From: Escherichia coli
GTDB taxonomy: Bacteria > Pseudomonadota > Gammaproteobacteria > Enterobacterales > Enterobacteriaceae
Strand: one strand, 5' to 3'
Assembly (NCBI RefSeq): GCF_009931435.1
Contig: NZ_CP043414.1
DNA: 64,000 nt
The position numbers and the translations under genes are program-made. Position 1 is the stretch's first letter. Every line of letters starts with the position of its first letter. The notes below the pieces were generated by a model, which did no database searches, had not been told where the DNA came from, and worked only from the letters and a program-made list of their open reading frames with translations. Below are positions 25,704 through 36,894 of the stretch, one piece after another.

Positions 25704-28448
25704 GTGAATTTAACCCTGACCCGAAGACTCTGGATGGGCTTTGCCCTGATGGCGCTGTTAACCCTGACCAGTACCCTGGTGGGATGGTACAACCTGCGCT
25801 TTATCAGCCAGGTGGAAAAAGACAATACTCAGGCATTGATTCCTACCATGAATATGGCGCGCCAGTTGAGCGAAGCCAGCGCCTGGGAACTTTTCGCCGC
25901 CCAGAACCTGACCAGTGCCGATAACGAAAAGATGTGGCAGGCGCAGGGGCGAATGCTCACCGCACAAAGCCTGAAGATTAACGCATTGCTGCAAGCGTTA
26001 CGGGAACAAGGGTTTGACACTACCGCTATTGAACAACAGGAGCAGGAGATCTCCCGTTCGTTACGTCAACAAGGGGAACTGGTGGGGCAGCGTTTGCAAC
26101 TGCGCCAGCAACAACAGCAACTCAGCCAGCAGATAGTCGCTGCTGCCGATGAGATCGCACGCCTGGCACAAGGTCAGGCGAATAATGCGGCAACCTCTGC
26201 CGGAGCGACCCAGGCCGGGATTTACGATTTGATCGAACAACATCAGCGTCAGGCCGCAGAAAACGCACTTGATCGGCTGATTGATATCGATCTTGAGTAC
26301 GTTAACCAGATGAATGAACTGCGCCTTAGCGCCCTGCGGGTGCAGCAAATGGTGATGAATCTGGGGCTGGAACAGATCCAGAAAAATGCGCCAACGCTGG
26401 AAAAGCAACTCAATAATGCGGTTAAAATTCTGCAACGTCGGCAAATACGCATTGAAGATCCCGGTGTTCGTGCACAGGTCGCGACAACGTTAACTACCGT
26501 TAGCCAATATAGCGATTTGCTGGCGCTGTATCAGCAGGACAGTGAAATCAGCAATCACCTGCAAACTCTCGCCCAAAATAACATCGCCCAGTTCGCGCAG
26601 TTTAGTAGCGAAGTCAGTCAACTGGTCGACACCATTGAGCTGCGTAATCAGCATGGCCTGGCGCATCTGGAAAAAGCCAGTGCACGCGGGCAATACAGCC
26701 TGTTATTGCTGGGGATAGTTTCTCTTTGCGCACTGATTCTGATCCTCTGGCGCGTGGTTTATCGCTCAGTCACGCGTCCCCTTGCCGAACAAACGCAGGC
26801 GCTGCAACGACTGCTGGACGGTGATATCAACTCCCCTTTCCCGGAAACCGCTGGCGTGCGGGAGCTGGACACCATCGGGCGGCTGATGGATGCGTTTCGC
26901 AGCAGTGTTCATGCACTGAATCGCCACCGCGAACAGCTGGCGGCGCAGGTCAAAGCGCGTACAGCTGAATTGCAGGAGCTGGTGATAGAACACCGACAGG
27001 CACGGGCGGAAGCAGAAAAAGCCAGCCAGGCAAAATCGGCGTTTCTGGCGGCGATGAGCCATGAGATCCGCACACCGCTGTACGGTATTCTCGGCACCGC
27101 GCAACTGCTGGCAGATAACCCCGCACTTAATGCCCAGCGTGATGATTTGCGGGCAATTACTGACTCTGGTGAATCGTTGCTGACCATCCTCAACGATATT
27201 CTCGATTATTCGGCTATCGAAGCAGGCGGCAAGAATGTTTCGGTCAGCGATGAGCCCTTTGAACCGCGCCCGCTGCTGGAAAGTACCCTGCAATTAATGA
27301 GCGGACGGGTGAAAGGTCGTCCGCTTCGCCTGGTAACTGAAATTGCCGACGATGTACCGACTGCGTTAATGGGCGATCCGCGGCGTATTCGTCAGGTTAT
27401 AACCAACCTGTTGAGCAACGCCCTGCGTTTCACCGACGAAGGGCACATTATCCTGCGTAGTCGCACTGATGGCGAACAATGGCTGGTCGAAGTGGAAGAC
27501 AGCGGCTGCGGTATTGATCCCTCGAAACTGGCTGAAATCTTCCAGCCATTTGTTCAGGTTAGCGGCAAACGCGGCGGCACCGGGCTGGGGCTGACTATCA
27601 GTAGCCGTCTGGCCCAGGCGATGGGCGGCGAACTCAGCGCCACCAGCACGCCGGAGGTTGGAAGCTGTTTTTGTTTACGCTTGCCGTTACGTATTGCCAC
27701 GGCACCCGTGCCAAAAACAGTCAATCAGGCGGTGCATCTGGACGGTTTACGTTTGCTGTTAATTGAAGATAACCCGCTAACCCAGCGAATTACCGTTGAG
27801 ATGCTGAACAACAGTGGTGCGCAGGTCGTTGCTGTTGGCAATGCCGCGCACGCGATAGAGACGTTGCAAAATAGCGAACCGTTTGCTGGGGCACTGGTGG
27901 ATTTTGATCTGCCGGATATCGACGGTATTACCCTTGCCCGACAACTGGTACAGCAATATCCGTCGCTGGTTTTGATTGGCTTTAGCGCCCATGTCATCGA
28001 CGAAACGTTGCGCCAGCGTACCAGTTCGCTATTTCACGGGATTATCCCTAAACCGGTGCCGCGTGAAGTACTCGGTCAGTTACTGGCGCACTATCTTCAA
28101 CTGCAAGTCAATAACGATCAACCGCTGGATGTATCGCAACTCAATGAAGATGCTCAGTTGATGGGGACGGAGAAGATCCACGAATGGCTGACATTATTTA
28201 AACAACATGCCCTGCCGCTTCTCGATGACATCGACATTGCCCGCGCCAGTCAGGATAGCGAGAAAATAAAGCGTGCTGCGCATCAGCTAAAAAGCAGTTG
28301 TTCGAGTCTGGGAATGCGTAGCGCCAGCCAGCTATGCGCACAACTGGAGCAGCAGCCATTATCTGCCCCCCTTCCACACGAAGAAATTACACGCAGTGTT
28401 GCCGCTCTGGAAGCATGGTTGAATAAGAAAGACCTGAACGCGATTTGA
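25704..28448 (+). CDS. torS: Hybrid sensor kinase TorS
   Basis: ORF 25497..28448; start inferred at GTG 25704 ([13 protein letters not shown]) giving 914 aa; HisKA H-box (MSHEIRTPL), HATPase, receiver and HPt regions. Confidence 0.9.
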   Translation: MNLTLTRRLWMGFALMALLTLTSTLVGWYNLRFISQVEKDNTQALIPTMNMARQLSEASAWELFAAQNLTSADNEKMWQAQGRMLTAQSLKINALLQALREQGFDTTAIEQQEQEISRSLRQQGELVGQRLQLRQQQQQLSQQIVAAADEIARLAQGQANNAATSAGATQAGIYDLIEQHQRQAAENALDRLIDIDLEYVNQMNELRLSALRVQQMVMNLGLEQIQKNAPTLEKQLNNAVKILQRRQIRIEDPGVRAQVATTLTTVSQYSDLLALYQQDSEISNHLQTLAQNNIAQFAQFSSEVSQLVDTIELRNQHGLAHLEKASARGQYSLLLLGIVSLCALILILWRVVYRSVTRPLAEQTQALQRLLDGDINSPFPETAGVRELDTIGRLMDAFRSSVHALNRHREQLAAQVKARTAELQELVIEHRQARAEAEKASQAKSAFLAAMSHEIRTPLYGILGTAQLLADNPALNAQRDDLRAITDSGESLLTILNDILDYSAIEAGGKNVSVSDEPFEPRPLLESTLQLMSGRVKGRPLRLVTEIADDVPTALMGDPRRIRQVITNLLSNALRFTDEGHIILRSRTDGEQWLVEVEDSGCGIDPSKLAEIFQPFVQVSGKRGGTGLGLTISSRLAQAMGGELSATSTPEVGSCFCLRLPLRIATAPVPKTVNQAVHLDGLRLLLIEDNPLTQRITVEMLNNSGAQVVAVGNAAHAIETLQNSEPFAGALVDFDLPDIDGITLARQLVQQYPSLVLIGFSAHVIDETLRQRTSSLFHGIIPKPVPREVLGQLLAHYLQLQVNNDQPLDVSQLNEDAQLMGTEKIHEWLTLFKQHALPLLDDIDIARASQDSEKIKRAAHQLKSSCSSLGMRSASQLCAQLEQQPLSAPLPHEEITRSVAALEAWLNKKDLNAI

Positions 28449-28519
28449 ATCAATATCAGCCAGTTAAGAACAACTAGAATAGTGGCATTTGGTATGCAAC
28501 TTAACGGACTGGCAAAATC

Positions 28520-29593
28520 ATGGCAGAGAAAAGAAGAACCCGCTGGCAGCGGCGGCCAGGTACGACGGGCGGCAAATTACCGTGGAATGACTGGCGCAAT
28601 GCCACGACCTGGCGTAAAGCGACGCAATTATTACTGTTGGCAATTAATATTTATATTGCCATCACGTTCTGGTATTGGGTGCGCTATTACGAAACGGCAG
28701 GTAGTACGACATTTGTCGCCAGGCCAGGAGGCATCGAAGGCTGGCTACCGATTGCCGGTCTGATGAATCTGAAATATAGCCTTGCAACAGGCCAGTTACC
28801 GTCCGTCCACGCCGCCGCGATGCTGTTATTGGTCGCTTTTATCGTCATCAGTCTATTACTAAAAAAGGCCTTTTGTTCATGGTTATGCCCGATTGGTACG
28901 CTTTCTGAATTCATCGGCGATCTCGGTAACAAACTGTTTGGTCGGCAATTTGTCCTTCCCCGCTGTCTGGATATTCCTCTGCGCGGCGTGAAGTATTTGC
29001 TGTTGAGTTTTTTTCTCTATATCGCGTTATTGATGCCCGCTCAGGCTATTCACTATTTTATGTTGTCGCCCTACAGCGTGGTGATGGACGTTAAAATGCT
29101 CGATTTCTTTCGTCATATGGGGACCGCGACATTAATCAGCGTGACCGTTTTGCTGATTGTCAGTCTGTTTATTCGCCATGCCTGGTGTCGTTATCTTTGC
29201 CCATATGGCGCGCTGATGGGCGTGGTTTCGCTATTGTCGCCGTTTAAGATTCGTCGCAATGCCGAAAGTTGTATCGACTGTGGCAAATGCGCAAAAAATT
29301 GCCCATCGCGGATCCCGGTCGATAAATTAATTCAGGTACGAACCGTGGAATGTACCGGTTGTATGACTTGCGTAGAGTCATGTCCGGTAGCCTCAACATT
29401 GACCTTTTCACTGCAAAAACCTGCGGCAAATAAAAAAGCCTTTGCGTTGTCTGGCTGGTTAATGACGCTACTGGTTCTGGGGATTATGTTTGCGGTGATT
29501 GGTTACGCAATGTATGCGGGAGTATGGCAAAGCCCGGTGCCGGAGGAATTGTACCGACGCTTAATTCCGCAAGCGCCAATGATTGGTCACTAA
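28520..29593 (+). CDS. yccM: Putative 4Fe-4S membrane protein YccM (polyferredoxin-like)
   Basis: 357-aa ORF with TM segments and CxxCxxCxxxCP ferredoxin-type motifs. Confidence 0.85.
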   Translation: MAEKRRTRWQRRPGTTGGKLPWNDWRNATTWRKATQLLLLAINIYIAITFWYWVRYYETAGSTTFVARPGGIEGWLPIAGLMNLKYSLATGQLPSVHAAAMLLLVAFIVISLLLKKAFCSWLCPIGTLSEFIGDLGNKLFGRQFVLPRCLDIPLRGVKYLLLSFFLYIALLMPAQAIHYFMLSPYSVVMDVKMLDFFRHMGTATLISVTVLLIVSLFIRHAWCRYLCPYGALMGVVSLLSPFKIRRNAESCIDCGKCAKNCPSRIPVDKLIQVRTVECTGCMTCVESCPVASTLTFSLQKPAANKKAFALSGWLMTLLVLGIMFAVIGYAMYAGVWQSPVPEELYRRLIPQAPMIGH

Positions 29594-29641
29594 ATTAGCA
29601 ACAAGCGGAACATCACCTCGCACGGGGTGATGTTCACAAAA

Positions 29642-29815
29642 TCACATTATTTTGATTTTGACATCATAGCTTTCAAGCCCGGTCATTTTTTCTCGTGCGG
29701 TGAAGCGAATTTCAGAGACTTCTTTCCCTGTATTCTTGTTCAGCTCGGCGATTTTTTGCGCGATAAAGTCAGCGATTTCCGTTTCGGCTTGTTTTTTTAA
29801 CTCTTCAATATTCAC
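29642..29815 (-). CDS. gnsA: Small protein GnsA
   Basis: Not in ORF track; minus-strand reading from GTG (revcomp 29813-29815) gives a 57-aa product ending ...YDVKIKIM. Confidence 0.7.
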   Translation of the reverse strand: MNIEELKKQAETEIADFIAQKIAELNKNTGKEVSEIRFTAREKMTGLESYDVKIKIM

Positions 29816-30035
29816 TGTTAACCTCTTCTGGTCTTAAAAGACAGCAACACGCCAGTAAGGTGTTGGTTCCCGGTACCCTGGTCAGGTAAGAAATGTTATA
29901 AGCTATCTCCCCTAAAGATTCAATAATCAACAGGTTATCGCTTACTATACATACAGCGTTGAAGAAAAATAAGGCAGATATAAAAAAGGCTCCACGAGGG
30001 AGCCTGATCTTATTTTGTGAAATCCAGCGGCGCAT
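29805..30035 (-). CDS. ymcE: Small protein YmcE
   Basis: ORF 29805..30068; start at MRRWISQNK (76 aa). Confidence 0.7.
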   Translation of the reverse strand: MRRWISQNKIRLPRGAFFISALFFFNAVCIVSDNLLIIESLGEIAYNISYLTRVPGTNTLLACCCLLRPEEVNSEY

Positions 30036-30208
30036 GGTCAGTGCGTATTTGCAGCGCGACGTTATCAAAGGTGATCATCGTCGATTTACAAAAAATACAC
30101 TTTGCCCCTAAAGGATTTCGCTCCGTCACATCGAATGCCGATGTGCGGTACTGTGAACCATGACAACATGGACAGCGGAAATGGAGATGTTGAGTAATAA
30201 CGGCAACC
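30036..30208 (-). CDS. Candidate small Cys-rich protein (CPCCHG...CIFCK), possibly YmcF; start codon unclear
   Basis: Frame of ORF 30010..30270; motif-bearing part lies in the cspG-ymcE gap; no canonical start after the cspG stop. Confidence 0.3.
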
Positions 30209-30421
30209 TTAGAGCGTAACAACGTTCGCTGCCGCGGGACCACGTTGCCCCTGCTCAATAGAAAATTCAACTTTCTGATTTTCGTTCAGCGTGCGGAATT
30301 CATTGCTCTGGATGGCGGTGAAATGGACGAAAACGTCTTTGCTGCCATCATCAGGAGTGATAAAGCCAAAACCTTTATCTGCGTTAAACCATTTTACTAA
30401 ACCAGTCATTTTATTAGACAT
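30209..30421 (-). CDS. cspG: Cold-shock protein CspG
   Basis: 70-aa [24 protein letters not shown]... with RNP motifs. Confidence 0.95.
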   Translation of the reverse strand: MSNKMTGLVKWFNADKGFGFITPDDGSKDVFVHFTAIQSNEFRTLNENQKVEFSIEQGQRGPAAANVVTL

Positions 30422-30706
30422 ATTTTACTTCCTTCATTTTGGGCCTTTCGGCAAACAGGGCTTTAATACAGAAACTACTTAGTGTTCAGGAGAGAGACTC
30501 AAAAGAAGGGGATAATGCCTGATAATGAGAACTACTTTAGTAAACTACTTTGTATGCTGTCTGTCTTTCAAACCGACGCAGCTATTAACGCATGATAATT
30601 GAGATTAAGCAATTTTTATTTTAGCCGTCCGGCGGTCTTAAATATCGCTGGCTTTATTTTATTAACCCCGTATAGTGCAGCGCAGTATTTTCAGTAAGGA
30701 ATTTGT

Positions 30707-30919
30707 TTGTCCCGTAAAATGACAGGAATTGTCAAAACCTTTGATCGCAAAAGCGGCAAAGGATTCATTATCCCCTCCGACGGTCGTAAAGAAGTCCAGG
30801 TCCATATTTCCGCATTCACTCCCCGCGACGCAGAAGTGCTTATACCAGGATTACGCGTGGAATTTTGCCGCGTAAATGGCCTACGCGGACCAACAGCGGC
30901 AAATGTTTATCTCTCTTAA
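30707..30919 (+). CDS. cspH: Cold-shock-like protein CspH
   Basis: 70-aa [24 protein letters not shown]... Confidence 0.9.
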
Positions 30920-30925
30920 GATGAC

Positions 30926-30953
30926 GCAGCTTGTTTAAAGCTGGCTGTTTTTA
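30926..30953 (+). terminator. Intrinsic terminator after cspH
   Basis: gcagctt-gtttaa-agctgg stem followed by ctgtttttatt. Confidence 0.55.
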
Positions 30954-31360
30954 TTAAAAAAGCTCAATAGTCAACATCGCACATTATAACAAAAGTTACT
31001 TTCACCCCGGAAAACAAATCCATTTAGCCGAATATCTCTGCACCTAATAGTTATAAATGCTACTTAACAGTCAATCATAGTACCGCTTGAAACTATATCA
31101 CCAACAATAGTTAATAGCTTTCTTAACAATTTTCTTATCTTTAATTTGTATTTTTCTAAGATTTATCTTATGCTCACAAGTCGTATTTCCAGAGGGAAAT
31201 CGTTAACAATCTTATATTTCTCTCTGCGCGCCTTTCCCACTCGCGGTATATAGTACCGACGGTATGCGGAAAGGGAGATTTCACAAGGATGTTATACTCA
31301 AAGTAGACAATCCTGATCTCAAGCGTACGTATTGTCCATGCGATGAATAAAGGAAAAGTT

Positions 31361-31666
31361 ATGAAACACAAGCTTTCTGCAATCCTTATGGCCTTCATGT
31401 TGACGACGCCAGCTGCGTTTGCTGCACCAGAAGTAGCAAACGGGACCGAGGCAACGACGGGTACTACTGGCACCACAACGACCACTACTGGTGCCACTAC
31501 GACTGCTGCTACCACCGGTGGCGTAGCTGCTGGCGCTGTCGGCACGGCGACGGTTGTCGGTGTGGCAACGGCTGTTGGTGTGGCGACTTTGGCAGTAGTT
31601 GCAGCAAATGACAATGGCGATGGCGGTTCTCATAACACCTCGACCACCACGTCCACTACGCGCTAA
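31361..31666 (+). CDS. gfcA: Thr-rich small protein GfcA (group 4 capsule operon)
   Basis: ORF 31343..31666; start at ATG 31361 (MKHKLSAILMAF...) with AGGAAAAG SD; signal peptide then T/G/A-rich low-complexity region. Confidence 0.85.
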   Translation: MKHKLSAILMAFMLTTPAAFAAPEVANGTEATTGTTGTTTTTTGATTTAATTGGVAAGAVGTATVVGVATAVGVATLAVVAANDNGDGGSHNTSTTTSTTR

Positions 31667-31772
31667 TACTGCTTTAACGCGTCAAAATTAAAGTTAAATG
31701 ATACCCGGTTGCGATATTCGTACCGGGCTTTAGAGATTTGCATTTTTTTAATTAACCTTTCAAGGATTAAAG

Positions 31773-32417
31773 GTGCGCCCTCTTATTTTATCGATTTTCG
31801 CACTATTTCTTGCGGGATGTACACACAGCCAGCAAAGTATGGTCGATACATTTCGCGCCAGCCTTTTCGATAATCAGGATATCACCGTAGCGGATCAGCA
31901 GATCCAGGCGTTGCCTTATTCCACGATGTATTTACGCCTTAATGAAGGGCAACGAATCTTTGTGGTACTGGGATATATAGAACAAGAACAAAGCAAATGG
32001 TTATCCCAGGATAACGCCATGCTGGTTACCCACAATGGACGTCTTTTAAAAACCGTCAAACTTAATAATAATCTGCTGGAAGTGACAAATTCCGGGCAGG
32101 ACCCTCTGCGTAACGCGCTGGCAATAAAAGACGGCAGCCGCTGGACGCGCGATATTCTCTGGAGTGAAGACAATCATTTTCGCTCTGCGACCCTGAGTTC
32201 CACTTTTTCCTTTGCTGGATTAGAGACGCTGAATATTGCGGGTCGCGATGTGCTGTGTAATGTCTGGCAGGAAGAGGTGACTTCCACGCTGCCAGAAAAA
32301 CAGTGGCAAAACACATTCTGGGTCGATTCGGCTACTGGCCAGGTTCGTCAAAGTCGGCAAATGTTAGGCGCAGGGGTTATTCCCGTAGAAATGACGTTTC
32401 TTAAACCCGCACCATGA
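31773..32417 (+). CDS. gfcB: Lipoprotein GfcB
   Basis: 214-aa ORF with lipobox (LFLAGCTHS). Confidence 0.85.
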   Translation: MRPLILSIFALFLAGCTHSQQSMVDTFRASLFDNQDITVADQQIQALPYSTMYLRLNEGQRIFVVLGYIEQEQSKWLSQDNAMLVTHNGRLLKTVKLNNNLLEVTNSGQDPLRNALAIKDGSRWTRDILWSEDNHFRSATLSSTFSFAGLETLNIAGRDVLCNVWQEEVTSTLPEKQWQNTFWVDSATGQVRQSRQMLGAGVIPVEMTFLKPAP

Positions 32418-33160
32418 ATAAATTACAGTCGTATTTCATTGCCAGCGTACTTTACGTAATGACACCCCATGCCTTTGCGCAAGGAACGGTGACTATTTAT
32501 CTGCCTGGCGAACAACAGCCCCTTTCCGTTGGCCCCGTGGAAAATGTTGTCCAGTTGGTGACACAACCGCAACTGCGCGATCGCCTCTGGTGGCCTGGTG
32601 CCTTGCTGACCGACTCTGCGGCGAAAGCTAAAGCGCTTAAAGACTACCAACATGTCTTGGCACAGCTTGCTTCCTGGGAAGCAGAAGCTGACGACGATGT
32701 GGTGGCAACGATTAAATCCGTGCGCCAGCAGTTACTCAATCTCAATATCACTGGTCGCTTACCGGTCAAACTGGACCCTGATTTTGTACGAGTGGATGAG
32801 AACAGCAATCCCCCGCTGGTCGGGGACTATACGCTCTATACCGTACAGCGTCCGGTGACTATTACTCTGCTGGGTGCGGTTTCTGGGGCTGGGCAATTGC
32901 CCTGGCAGGCAGGCCGTAGCGTTACCGATTATCTGCAAGATCACCCCCGCCTTGCAGGCGCGGACAAGAATAACGTTATGGTGATTACGCCTGAGGGTGA
33001 GACTGTCGTCGCCCCTGTTGCCCTGTGGAATAAAAGACATGTGGAACCACCGCCTGGCAGCCAGCTTTGGTTGGGCTTTTCTGCGCATGTACTGCCCGAA
33101 AAATATGCTGATTTAAATGACCAGATTGTGTCTGTTTTAACGCAACGTGTTCCTGACTGA
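32414..33160 (+). CDS. gfcC: Periplasmic protein GfcC
   Basis: 248-aa ORF with signal peptide, overlapping-stop coupling to gfcB. Confidence 0.85.
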   Translation: MNKLQSYFIASVLYVMTPHAFAQGTVTIYLPGEQQPLSVGPVENVVQLVTQPQLRDRLWWPGALLTDSAAKAKALKDYQHVLAQLASWEAEADDDVVATIKSVRQQLLNLNITGRLPVKLDPDFVRVDENSNPPLVGDYTLYTVQRPVTITLLGAVSGAGQLPWQAGRSVTDYLQDHPRLAGADKNNVMVITPEGETVVAPVALWNKRHVEPPPGSQLWLGFSAHVLPEKYADLNDQIVSVLTQRVPD

Positions 33161-35256
33161 TGAAGAAGAACTCTTATCTTTTAAGCTGCCTGGCCATTGC
33201 CGTCTCCAGTGCCTGTCATGCTGAAGTATTAACCTACCCGGATCCGCTGGGGTCGTCGCAATCAGACTTTGGCGGCACAGGATTGTTGCAGATGCCAAAT
33301 GCGCGCATCGCACCGGAAGGTGAATTCAGCGTCAACTACCGGGATAACGATCAATACCGTTTCTACTCCACGTCCGTGGCGCTGTTCCCATGGCTGGAAG
33401 GCACCATTCGTTATACGGATGTGCGCACACGCAAATATAGCCAGTGGGAAGATTTCAGCGGCGATCAGTCATACAAAGACAAATCTTTCGATTTTAAACT
33501 TCGCCTGTGGGAAGAAGGTTACTGGCTACCGCAAGTGGCGTTTGGTAAACGTGATATTGCTGGTACGGGTCTGTTTGACGGTGAATATTTGGTGGCCAGC
33601 AAGCAAGCGGGGCCATTTGATTTCACCCTCGGGATGGCATGGGGCTACGCCGGTAATGCGGGCAATATTACCAACCCGTTTTGCCGGGTGAGCGATAAAT
33701 ATTGTCATCGTGCAGAGTCTCACGATGCGGGCGATATCAGCTTTAGCGATATCTTTCGTGGCCCGGCTTCCATCTTTGGCGGCATTGAGTATCAAACGCC
33801 GTGGAATCCCCTGCGTCTGAAACTCGAATACGACGGCAACAATTACCAGAATGATTTCGCTGGCAAACTGCCTCAGGCAAGCCATTTCAACGTCGGCGCA
33901 GTTTATCGCGCTGCCAGCTGGGCAGATCTCAACCTGAGTTATGAACGCGGTAACACGTTGATGTTTGGCTTCACGTTACGGACCAATTTCAACGATCTGC
34001 GCCCTGCCCTGCGCGATACGCCAAAACCGGCATATCAACCTGCGCCGGAATCTGAAGGATTGCAGTACACCACAGTAGCGAACCAACTTACCGCGCTGAA
34101 GTACAACGCAGGTTTTGAAGCACCGGAAATTCAGCTGCGCGATAAGACGCTGTATATGTCTGGTCAACAATACAAATACCGTGATTCTCGCGAAGCGGTC
34201 GATCGTGCCAACCGGATTCTGGTGAATAACCTGCCGCAAGGCGTTGAGAAGATTAGCGTGACGCAAAAGCGCGAGCATATGGCGATGGTGACGACCGAAA
34301 CCGACGTAGCCAGCCTGCGCAAACAGCTCGCCGGTACCGCGCCTGGTAAAGCAGAGCCACTGCAACAACAACGTGTTGAAGCTGAAGATCTTTCTGCCTT
34401 TGGTCGGGGCTACCGTATTCGTGAAGATCGCTTTAGCTACTCTTTCAACCCAACACTTTCACAGTCACTGGGCGGCCCGGAAGATTTCTATATGTTCCAG
34501 TTGGGGCTGATGTCCAGCGCCCGCTACTGGTTTACCGATCACCTGCTGCTTGATGGCGGTATTTTCACCAATATTTACAACAACTACGACAAGTTTAAGT
34601 CTTCGCTGTTACCCGCGGACTCTACCCTCCCCCGCGTGCGCACGCATATCCGTGACTACGTTCGCAATGACGTTTATCTCAACAACTTGCAGGCGAACTA
34701 TTTTGCCGACTTAGGCAACGGTTTCTATGGCCAGGTGTACGGCGGTTATCTGGAAACGATGTATGCCGGTGTTGGTTCCGAGCTGCTTTATCGCCCGCTC
34801 GATGCCAGCTGGGCGCTGGGGGTGGACGTTAACTACGTGAAGCAGCGTGACTGGGACAACATGATGCGCTTCACCGATTATTCCACGCCAACAGGTTTCG
34901 TGACGGCTTACTGGAACCCGCCGACGCTCAATGGCGTACTGATGAAACTTAGCGTTGGGCAATATCTGGCAAAAGATAAAGGCGCAACGATCGACGTCGC
35001 CAAACGCTTTGACAGCGGCGTGGCAGTAGGAGTATGGGCGGCAATCAGTAACGTATCTAAAGATGACTACGGCGAAGGCGGCTTTAGTAAAGGGTTTTAT
35101 ATCTCGATTCCGTTCGACTTGATGACCATTGGACCTAACCGCAACCGCGCGGTGGTTTCGTGGACACCATTGACGCGTGACGGTGGACAAATGCTGTCAC
35201 GTAAATACCAGCTCTATCCAATGACGGCAGAGCGAGAAGTACCGGTTGGACAATAA
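33160..35256 (+). CDS. gfcD: Outer-membrane beta-barrel protein GfcD
   Basis: 698-aa ORF with signal peptide and C-terminal aromatic-rich region. Confidence 0.85.
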   Translation: MKKNSYLLSCLAIAVSSACHAEVLTYPDPLGSSQSDFGGTGLLQMPNARIAPEGEFSVNYRDNDQYRFYSTSVALFPWLEGTIRYTDVRTRKYSQWEDFSGDQSYKDKSFDFKLRLWEEGYWLPQVAFGKRDIAGTGLFDGEYLVASKQAGPFDFTLGMAWGYAGNAGNITNPFCRVSDKYCHRAESHDAGDISFSDIFRGPASIFGGIEYQTPWNPLRLKLEYDGNNYQNDFAGKLPQASHFNVGAVYRAASWADLNLSYERGNTLMFGFTLRTNFNDLRPALRDTPKPAYQPAPESEGLQYTTVANQLTALKYNAGFEAPEIQLRDKTLYMSGQQYKYRDSREAVDRANRILVNNLPQGVEKISVTQKREHMAMVTTETDVASLRKQLAGTAPGKAEPLQQQRVEAEDLSAFGRGYRIREDRFSYSFNPTLSQSLGGPEDFYMFQLGLMSSARYWFTDHLLLDGGIFTNIYNNYDKFKSSLLPADSTLPRVRTHIRDYVRNDVYLNNLQANYFADLGNGFYGQVYGGYLETMYAGVGSELLYRPLDASWALGVDVNYVKQRDWDNMMRFTDYSTPTGFVTAYWNPPTLNGVLMKLSVGQYLAKDKGATIDVAKRFDSGVAVGVWAAISNVSKDDYGEGGFSKGFYISIPFDLMTIGPNRNRAVVSWTPLTRDGGQMLSRKYQLYPMTAEREVPVGQ

Positions 35257-35301
35257 CCTGACGTAATTCATAACATTACATTGACTGATAAATATAAACC
35301 A

Positions 35302-36441
35302 ATGAAAAAGAACATTTTTAAGTTTTCGGTACTGACATTGGCTGTTCTGTCTTTGACAGCATGTACCCTTGTTCCTGGTCAGAATTTATCGACCAGTAAC
35401 AAGGATGTCATTGAACTACCTGACAATCAGTATGACCTGGACAAAATGGTCAATATCTATCCCGTCACGCCAGGATTGATTGATCAGCTGCGCGCCAAAC
35501 CGATTATGTCGCAGGCTAACCCGGAGCTGGAGCAGCAAATCGCGAACTATGAGTATCGTATCGGCATTGGGGATGTGTTGATGGTGACGGTCTGGGATCA
35601 CCCGGAACTAACCACCCCCGCAGGGCAATACCGTAGCGCCAGTGATACCGGCAACTGGGTTAACGCCGATGGTGCGATTTTCTACCCTTATATTGGTCGC
35701 CTGAAAGTGGCCGGGAAAACACTTACCCAGGTACGCAACGAGATTACAGCGCGTCTGGATTCAGTCATTGAAAGCCCGCAGGTCGATGTCAGCGTCGCGG
35801 CGTTCCGCTCGCAAAAAGCGTACGTCACCGGCGAAGTCAGCAAATCTGGTCAGCAGCCGATTACCAATATTCCTCTGACCATCATGGATGCGATTAACGC
35901 CGCGGGGGGGCTGACCGCAGATGCAGACTGGCGCAACGTGGTGCTCACCCAGAATGGCGTAAAGACCAAAGTGAACCTCTATGCGCTGATGCAGCGTGGC
36001 GACTTGCGCCAGAACAAACTGCTGCACCCGGGCGATATTTTATTTATTCCGCGTAACGATGATTTGAAAGTCTTCGTGATGGGTGAAGTGGGTAAACAGA
36101 GCACGTTGAAAATGGACCGCAGCGGTATGACCCTGGCGGAAGCACTGGGTAACGCTGAGGGTATGAATCAGGATGTCGCTGATGCGACGGGGATTTTTGT
36201 TATTCGTGCAACGCAAAACAAGCAGAATGGCAAAATCGCCAATATTTATCAGCTGAATGCGAAGGACGCATCGGCAATGATACTCGGAACGGAATTCCAG
36301 CTTGAACCTTACGACATTGTTTATGTCACTACTGCGCCGCTGGCTCGTTGGAACCGTGTGATTTCTCTACTGGTACCGACGATTTCCGGGGTGCATGACC
36401 TGACAGAGACTTCACGGTGGATTCAAACATGGCCCAACTAA
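35302..36441 (+). CDS. gfcE: Wza-like polysaccharide export outer-membrane lipoprotein GfcE
   Basis: ORF 35281..36441; start at ATG 35302 ([21 protein letters not shown], lipobox). Confidence 0.9.
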
Positions 36442-36875
36442 AATTTAACTCAATCCTGGTGGTTTGTACCGGCAACATTTGCCGTTCGCCCATTGGCGAA
36501 CGCTTGCTGCGTAAACGTCTGCCAGGCGTAAAAGTCAAATCAGCAGGTGTTCATGGTCTGGTAAAACACCCTGCAGATGCGACAGCAGCAGATGTTGCTG
36601 CTAATCATGGCGTATCTCTTGAAGGACATGCCGGACGTAAGCTCACTGCTGAGATGGCACGAAATTACGATCTGATTCTGGCAATGGAGTCAGAGCATAT
36701 TGCTCAGGTTACCGCAATCGCTCCCGAGGTCCGCGGGAAGACAATGCTGTTTGGGCAATGGCTGGAACAGAAAGAGATCCCTGATCCCTATCGTAAAAGC
36801 CAGGACGCATTTGAACATGTTTACGGCATGTTGGAGCGCGCCAGTCAGGAATGGGCGAAGCGCCTTAGCCGGTAA
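36429..36875 (+). CDS. etp: Low-molecular-weight protein-tyrosine phosphatase Etp
   Basis: ORF 36417..36875; start at [21 protein letters not shown] (CX5R P-loop). Confidence 0.9.
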
Positions 36876-36894
36876 TTTGAGTTTATAAAATACG

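Noticed and set aside
26061-27293. Minus-strand ORFs (127 and 175 aa) antisense to torS
   Set aside because: Nested in torS; no RBS or conservation signal
31174-31633. Minus-strand ORFs overlapping gfcA (146 and 104 aa)
   Set aside because: Antisense reading of the Thr-codon-rich (ACC/ACG) gfcA region and its upstream spacer
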